DNA from: an uncultured Bacilli bacterium
GTDB lineage: Bacteria; Bacillota_I; Bacilli_A; RF39; UBA660
Length of the DNA stretch: 64,000 bases
NCBI GenBank assembly: GCA_947629655.1
Contig: CANREL010000002.1
Coordinates: 79,152-143,151 of the forward strand
Direction of reading: 5' to 3'
Positions 58,935 through 64,000 of this stretch are shown here, piece by piece. The notes below the pieces were generated by a model. That model made no database searches. It was given only the letters and a program-made list of their open reading frames with translations, and was not told the DNA's origin. Within the stretch, counting starts at the first letter, position 1. Each line of letters begins with the position of its first letter. Both the position numbers and the translations under genes were made by a program.

Positions 58935-59192
58935 CTATTTTTTTTCTTTTAATTGTTTTAATGCTTTAGTTAGTTGATCTGGGCATGAAGTACTTTTAGC
59001 ACCACATCTAACTCCTTCTAAAGTATCAATGACTTCATCAATCTTTTTACCTATGCAAAGTTTACTAACTCCTAGAGTATTACCAGGACATCCACCAACG
59101 ATCTGTACTTTAGTTATGACGTCATCATCATCACATTCGACGACCATCTTGCTAGAACAAACCCCCATAGGGCGATATTCTACTGTCTTCAT
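58935..59192 (-). CDS. TSCPD-domain small protein
   Basis: Contains the eponymous TSCPD motif (GAKSTSCPDQL). Its ATG directly abuts the tgt stop (TAGATG). Confidence 0.6.
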   Translation of the reverse strand: MKTVEYRPMGVCSSKMVVECDDDDVITKVQIVGGCPGNTLGVSKLCIGKKIDEVIDTLEGVRCGAKSTSCPDQLTKALKQLKEKK

Positions 59193-61038
<1,846 letters not shown>

Positions 61039-61054
61039 AGTTAGCCTCCAACTA

Positions 61055-61567
61055 CTAATCTGTCAATTTTAAAACCATTTCTTCTCTTTCACCAGTTTCA
61101 AATTTACGATATTTAACACCACATCTATCAAACATGCGAATAGATGCTTCCATCTCATCAGAATGATTATCATAATCATATGCATGTAAATAAATAACTT
61201 CTTTTATTCCTGCTTGAATAATTGCTTTAGCACATTCATTACAAGGGAAATAGTGAACATAGATCTTACCACCGACAAAATCGTTATTATTACCACGATA
61301 ATTCAAAATGGCATTTAATTCACTATGACATACATACATGTATTTCGTATTTAATTTTTCACCAACTCTTCCCCATGGAAAATCATCATCATTAAATCCG
61401 TTTGGTGCACCATTATATCCCACTGATAAAATGCGATTGTCACGGCTTACAATACAAGAACCAACTTGTGTATTTGGATCTTTACTGCGCATTGATGAAA
61501 GTTGTGCAACTCCCATAAAATATTCATCCCAAGTTATGTAATCTTTTCTTTTTTTATCTTTACTCAT
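61055..61567 (-). CDS. comEB: dCMP deaminase (ComEB-like)
   Basis: CHSELNAI and PCNECAKAI zinc motifs. The start at MSKDKK has a GGAGG RBS. Confidence 0.8.
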   Translation of the reverse strand: MSKDKKRKDYITWDEYFMGVAQLSSMRSKDPNTQVGSCIVSRDNRILSVGYNGAPNGFNDDDFPWGRVGEKLNTKYMYVCHSELNAILNYRGNNNDFVGGKIYVHYFPCNECAKAIIQAGIKEVIYLHAYDYDNHSDEMEASIRMFDRCGVKYRKFETGEREEMVLKLTD

Positions 61568-61639
61568 AATAAATACCTCCACATCAAAGACAATTATAAC
61601 ATATAGAAATGTATATAAAAAGAAGAAAATCTTCTTCTT

Positions 61640-62578
61640 TTAAACATTTAATTTAATATTAGTAGCAATCTTATAAACATTGTTACCATCTTCACTATGC
61701 GTCAATTCAAATCCCTTATCTATTGTCAAAGTAAACTTGTTGTCTTCAAGGAAATCATCTATTTTACTATTATCAACTTCTTGTATTTTCGCAATTTCTT
61801 TGATGATGATAACACTCATATCTAAACCAAACCCACTATTGTTTGCGTCACAAGCAGCTGTTAAAACATCATTTTCTAAGACGAAATTGACACTTAATGG
61901 TGGCATTTGAACATATGGTGTAGCTGCTGGTGGAACAGGATTAGTCGTCATCGTAAGAGTATTTTCTGAAACTTCTACTGATACTTCCGTTGGATAATTA
62001 CTAATATCTTCAGATTTTTCAAGAGATGCTTTCAACTCTTCTAAATTGACACTCTTAACTTCTGGTTCTTTTTCTTTCTCTTTTTGTTCTTCTGTCTCTT
62101 CTTCAGCTACCTTTTTATTGATGTAATTCTCATTGAAATAAGTTACAATGTCATCGATAAAAAATGTAAAGACAATTACGGCTATTAAAACGAAGACCAT
62201 GAAAAAAGGAAAACCTTTTTTTTGATTATCAAATTCTTGTCCTTCTTTCATTGTTGAAGTAGTCGTTTCCGTTTCATTCTTTTTATTAAAGACACTATTT
62301 TCAGATATCTCATTCTCATTTAAAGTGTTGAATGCCTCACTATCAGCCGTTATGCTAACCTCTTCGATTAATGACGAATTATTTTCAGTATCCGTCTTTT
62401 CAGAAACAGCATTATTGACATCGGCTTCAATCACAGTCTCACTGACGACATTAGCTTCACTATCTGATTGAACATCTTCCTTAGGAGTATCAACCTTCAC
62501 TTGGGAAGTATCAACTTCTTCTTTTTTGACTTGTTCTTCACTATTAGCAGTTACTTCTTTATTTTCTTTTTCATCCAT
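61640..62578 (-). CDS. Single-pass membrane protein with an acidic cytoplasmic N-terminus and an extracellular domain
   Basis: ORF with an AGGGTGA RBS. The TM segment is FPFFMVFVLIAVIVFTFFI. Confidence 0.5.
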   Translation of the reverse strand: MDEKENKEVTANSEEQVKKEEVDTSQVKVDTPKEDVQSDSEANVVSETVIEADVNNAVSEKTDTENNSSLIEEVSITADSEAFNTLNENEISENSVFNKKNETETTTSTMKEGQEFDNQKKGFPFFMVFVLIAVIVFTFFIDDIVTYFNENYINKKVAEEETEEQKEKEKEPEVKSVNLEELKASLEKSEDISNYPTEVSVEVSENTLTMTTNPVPPAATPYVQMPPLSVNFVLENDVLTAACDANNSGFGLDMSVIIIKEIAKIQEVDNSKIDDFLEDNKFTLTIDKGFELTHSEDGNNVYKIATNIKLNV

Positions 62579-62630
62579 AACAATCACCCTTTATTCTAAT
62601 AACATGATATCACATAATGTTAAAAAGACC

Positions 62631-62657
62631 AATAAAAAAATAGAAGAAAACTTCTAT
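62631..62657 (-). terminator. Rho-independent terminator
   Basis: ATAGAAG aaaa CTTCTAT followed by T7 on the minus strand. Confidence 0.45.
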
Positions 62658-62658
62658 T

Positions 62659-63222
62659 TTAAGCAACTTGAGCAAAATTATTTATCTCGATATCACGAGA
62701 ATTATAAATGGATTTAACATCGTTAGAACTATCACTATTTCCTCTAACTATTCTTCTACTTCTCTTAGCACAACTGTATAAAAAATCTTTTTCTATTTCA
62801 CCATATGAAATGCTATCAGTAGATAAATCACAATCGACACAAAACAAATCTTTTCCTTTAACGACAAATAAGTGATCATTTAAATCAACTTTTGAACATA
62901 TCTCAGCCATATCTAATTGTTTAGCGACGATATGCTTACAAATATTGATATAATTTTTTAAATCTTTATTACGTGGATTATTGACATACTCTTTAATATT
63001 GGCTTTAATATCAAAAGGCAAATCCTCACTATGTAACTCTTGTTCAATTGACAAACGTTCCATCAACAAATAATTATCAATCTTATTTTTTAGAGTTGCA
63101 TCTTTTCTCAATTCCATTTTTCTATTTTTTAATACGCTAATTGAGTATTGTAAAGTATGATATTGAAAAGCTAATAAATAAATATTGTCATTAGGATTTT
63201 TTAATTTAAAAAGACTTTCCAT
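62659..63222 (-). CDS. Hypothetical cytoplasmic protein (187 aa)
   Basis: ORF with a GAGGAGG RBS. Confidence 0.5.
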   Translation of the reverse strand: MESLFKLKNPNDNIYLLAFQYHTLQYSISVLKNRKMELRKDATLKNKIDNYLLMERLSIEQELHSEDLPFDIKANIKEYVNNPRNKDLKNYINICKHIVAKQLDMAEICSKVDLNDHLFVVKGKDLFCVDCDLSTDSISYGEIEKDFLYSCAKRSRRIVRGNSDSSNDVKSIYNSRDIEINNFAQVA

Positions 63223-63350
63223 AATAATACCTCCTCAAAAGTAAGACCTATTATAACACAAAAGTCCTTATTTATCAAGTTTTTATTGAGGAATGGCATC
63301 ATTGATGAAAAAAATTAACCAAAGCTAATCCAAGTTTTAAATTTAGTACC

Positions 63351-63383
63351 TAAAAAAATAAAAACCCTTATCGAAATAAGGGT
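63351..63383 (-). terminator. Terminator after tRNA-Met
   Basis: ACCCTTAT cgaa ATAAGGGT followed by TTTTATTTTTTT on the minus strand. Confidence 0.5.
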
Positions 63384-63394
63384 AAAAATCAATA

Positions 63395-63471
63395 TGGTAG
63401 CGACGGAGGGGATCGAACCCACGACCTCCTGGGTATGAACCAGGCGCTCTAGCCAGCTGAGCTACATCGCC
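63395..63471 (-). tRNA. tRNA with anticodon CAT (elongator Met, or Ile2 if lysidine-modified)
   Basis: Minus-strand cloverleaf GGCGATG-TA-GCTCAGCTGGCTAGAGC-...-CCTGG TTCATAC CCAGG-...-GTGGGTTCGATCCCCTC-CGTCGCT-ACCA. Confidence 0.85.
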
Positions 63472-63492
63472 ATGACAAAATAATTTAATCAT

Positions 63493-63521
63493 ATTTAAAT
63501 TTATTTGTCAATATTTTTAAA
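63493..63521 (-). promoter_or_regulatory. Candidate promoter for the tRNA (perfect TTGACA, 17 nt spacer, TTAAAT)
   Basis: The reverse complement reads TTGACA aataaatttaaatatga TTAAAT, about 8 nt before the tRNA 5' end. Confidence 0.45.
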
Positions 63522-63526
63522 AAATT

Positions 63527-64000
63527 CTAACATGGTTTTTTACCATTGCAACCTTCACCATTGAACTGTAATACTGATATAGTTTTACTGCTATTAACGT
63601 TAACACTAACCGTACCATTACCACTGAATAGAATGTTATCGGCTTTGACACCAGCTGTTTTTAGACGGTCAATAGTTGAATGCTTGTCATTGACATACCA
63701 TTTCAAATTCGTCGTGACAGCATAAGAAGGTTTAAGTTTAGTCAAAGCATCTTGTGGGTTGTTGGCAGTTATTCCGTGATGTGCTACTTTGAAGACATCA
63801 ATTTTGGATAACTTATTATTAGTCATAACCGTATTAGCTATTGTATATACATTATTTGTTGCTTTTTTTACTTTTGAAGAAAAATCTTGTATGTCACCAG
63901 AGAAATAGAAGTTCTTACCATTAACAGTTCCAAGAGCAACTAAAGAATTAGAATTTTCATTACAACTAGCTGTACTCTTACAAACACTTCCTAAATCCTT
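63527..64000 (-). CDS. 3' portion of a second ComEC-C-terminal-like MBL-fold surface protein, a paralog of 37518..40778. The 5' part lies beyond the window end.
   Basis: The frame stays open to nt 64000 (...KDLGSVCKSTASCNENSNSLVALGTVNGKNFYFSGDIQDF...FKVAHHGITANN...LKPSYAVTTN). These are the same motifs as the C-terminus of the Big_2 protein (CNENSNSIV...TVNGKNMYLAGDI...KPSYSIITN). Confidence 0.55.
   Translation of the reverse strand, partial: KDLGSVCKSTASCNENSNSLVALGTVNGKNFYFSGDIQDFSSKVKKATNNVYTIANTVMTNNKLSKIDVFKVAHHGITANNPQDALTKLKPSYAVTTNLKWYVNDKHSTIDRLKTAGVKADNILFSGNGTVSVNVNSSKTISVLQFNGEGCNGKKPC

Overview
This is a very AT-rich, low-GC Firmicute-type chromosomal window that uses the standard bacterial genetic code: long ORFs are not broken by TGA, and Shine-Dalgarno sites are strong (GGAGG/AGGTGA). 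Coding density is high and about 85% of genes lie on the minus strand. The window opens with a conserved xerD-deoB core (the same order as Bacillus ripX-drm). It ends in a housekeeping block of tgt, a TSCPD protein, a glutamine amidotransferase, dCMP deaminase, comEA, comEC, an FtsW/RodA-family gene and two tRNAs (Arg-CCT and Met/Ile-CAT). Between these lie envelope and metabolism genes: frr, a SpoVB-like flippase, a SpoIIM-like protein, a CsbB-YfhO teichoic-acid glycosylation pair, VanY, VanZ, two PlsC acyltransferases, a heterodimeric ABC exporter pair and an NrtR/NadR-like NAD-salvage cluster. There are also several accessory islands. The outstanding one spans about 8.4-19.4 kb. It holds a 2044-aa RHS/YD-repeat polymorphic toxin with no signal peptide or LXG domain. 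The toxin carries tandem CBM-like and ricin-B lectin modules and an unrecognised 171-aa C-terminal toxin released at a DPxG site, and it is translationally coupled to a small immunity gene. Directly upstream on the same strand sit a phage tail-collar-like HxH/Gly-Ser-Thr-rich protein, a signal-less NlpC/P60-CHAP-type lysin with two SH3b domains, a tiny coupled ORF, a class-I-like holin, a secreted protein and two XRE repressors, one of them membrane-anchored. A dedicated holin/peptidoglycan-hydrolase release route is therefore plausible for a Gram-positive RHS toxin, by analogy with TcdE/TcdL for clostridial toxins and the lysis-cassette release of Tc/RHS toxins. The alternative is that the module is simply a decayed prophage lying next to the toxin. 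Other notable items are:
- a 550-bp gene-free region with three 44-bp tandem repeats and palindromes;
- an unannotated DUF1540-like Cys-rich mini-ORF;
- a catalytically degenerate PP2C-like protein;
- a NERD nuclease translationally coupled to mnmA;
- an A8-tract frameshift at a gene start;
- a tandem pair of Asn/Tyr-rich prion-like membrane proteins;
- a seven-repeat Big_2 surface protein with a degenerate ComEC-like MBL domain, with a second paralog cut by the window end;
- a tRNA-Arg-adjacent three-gene operon ending in a Thr/Cys-rich 102-aa protein next to the ABC exporters.
No CRISPR array, IS element or rRNA gene was seen.
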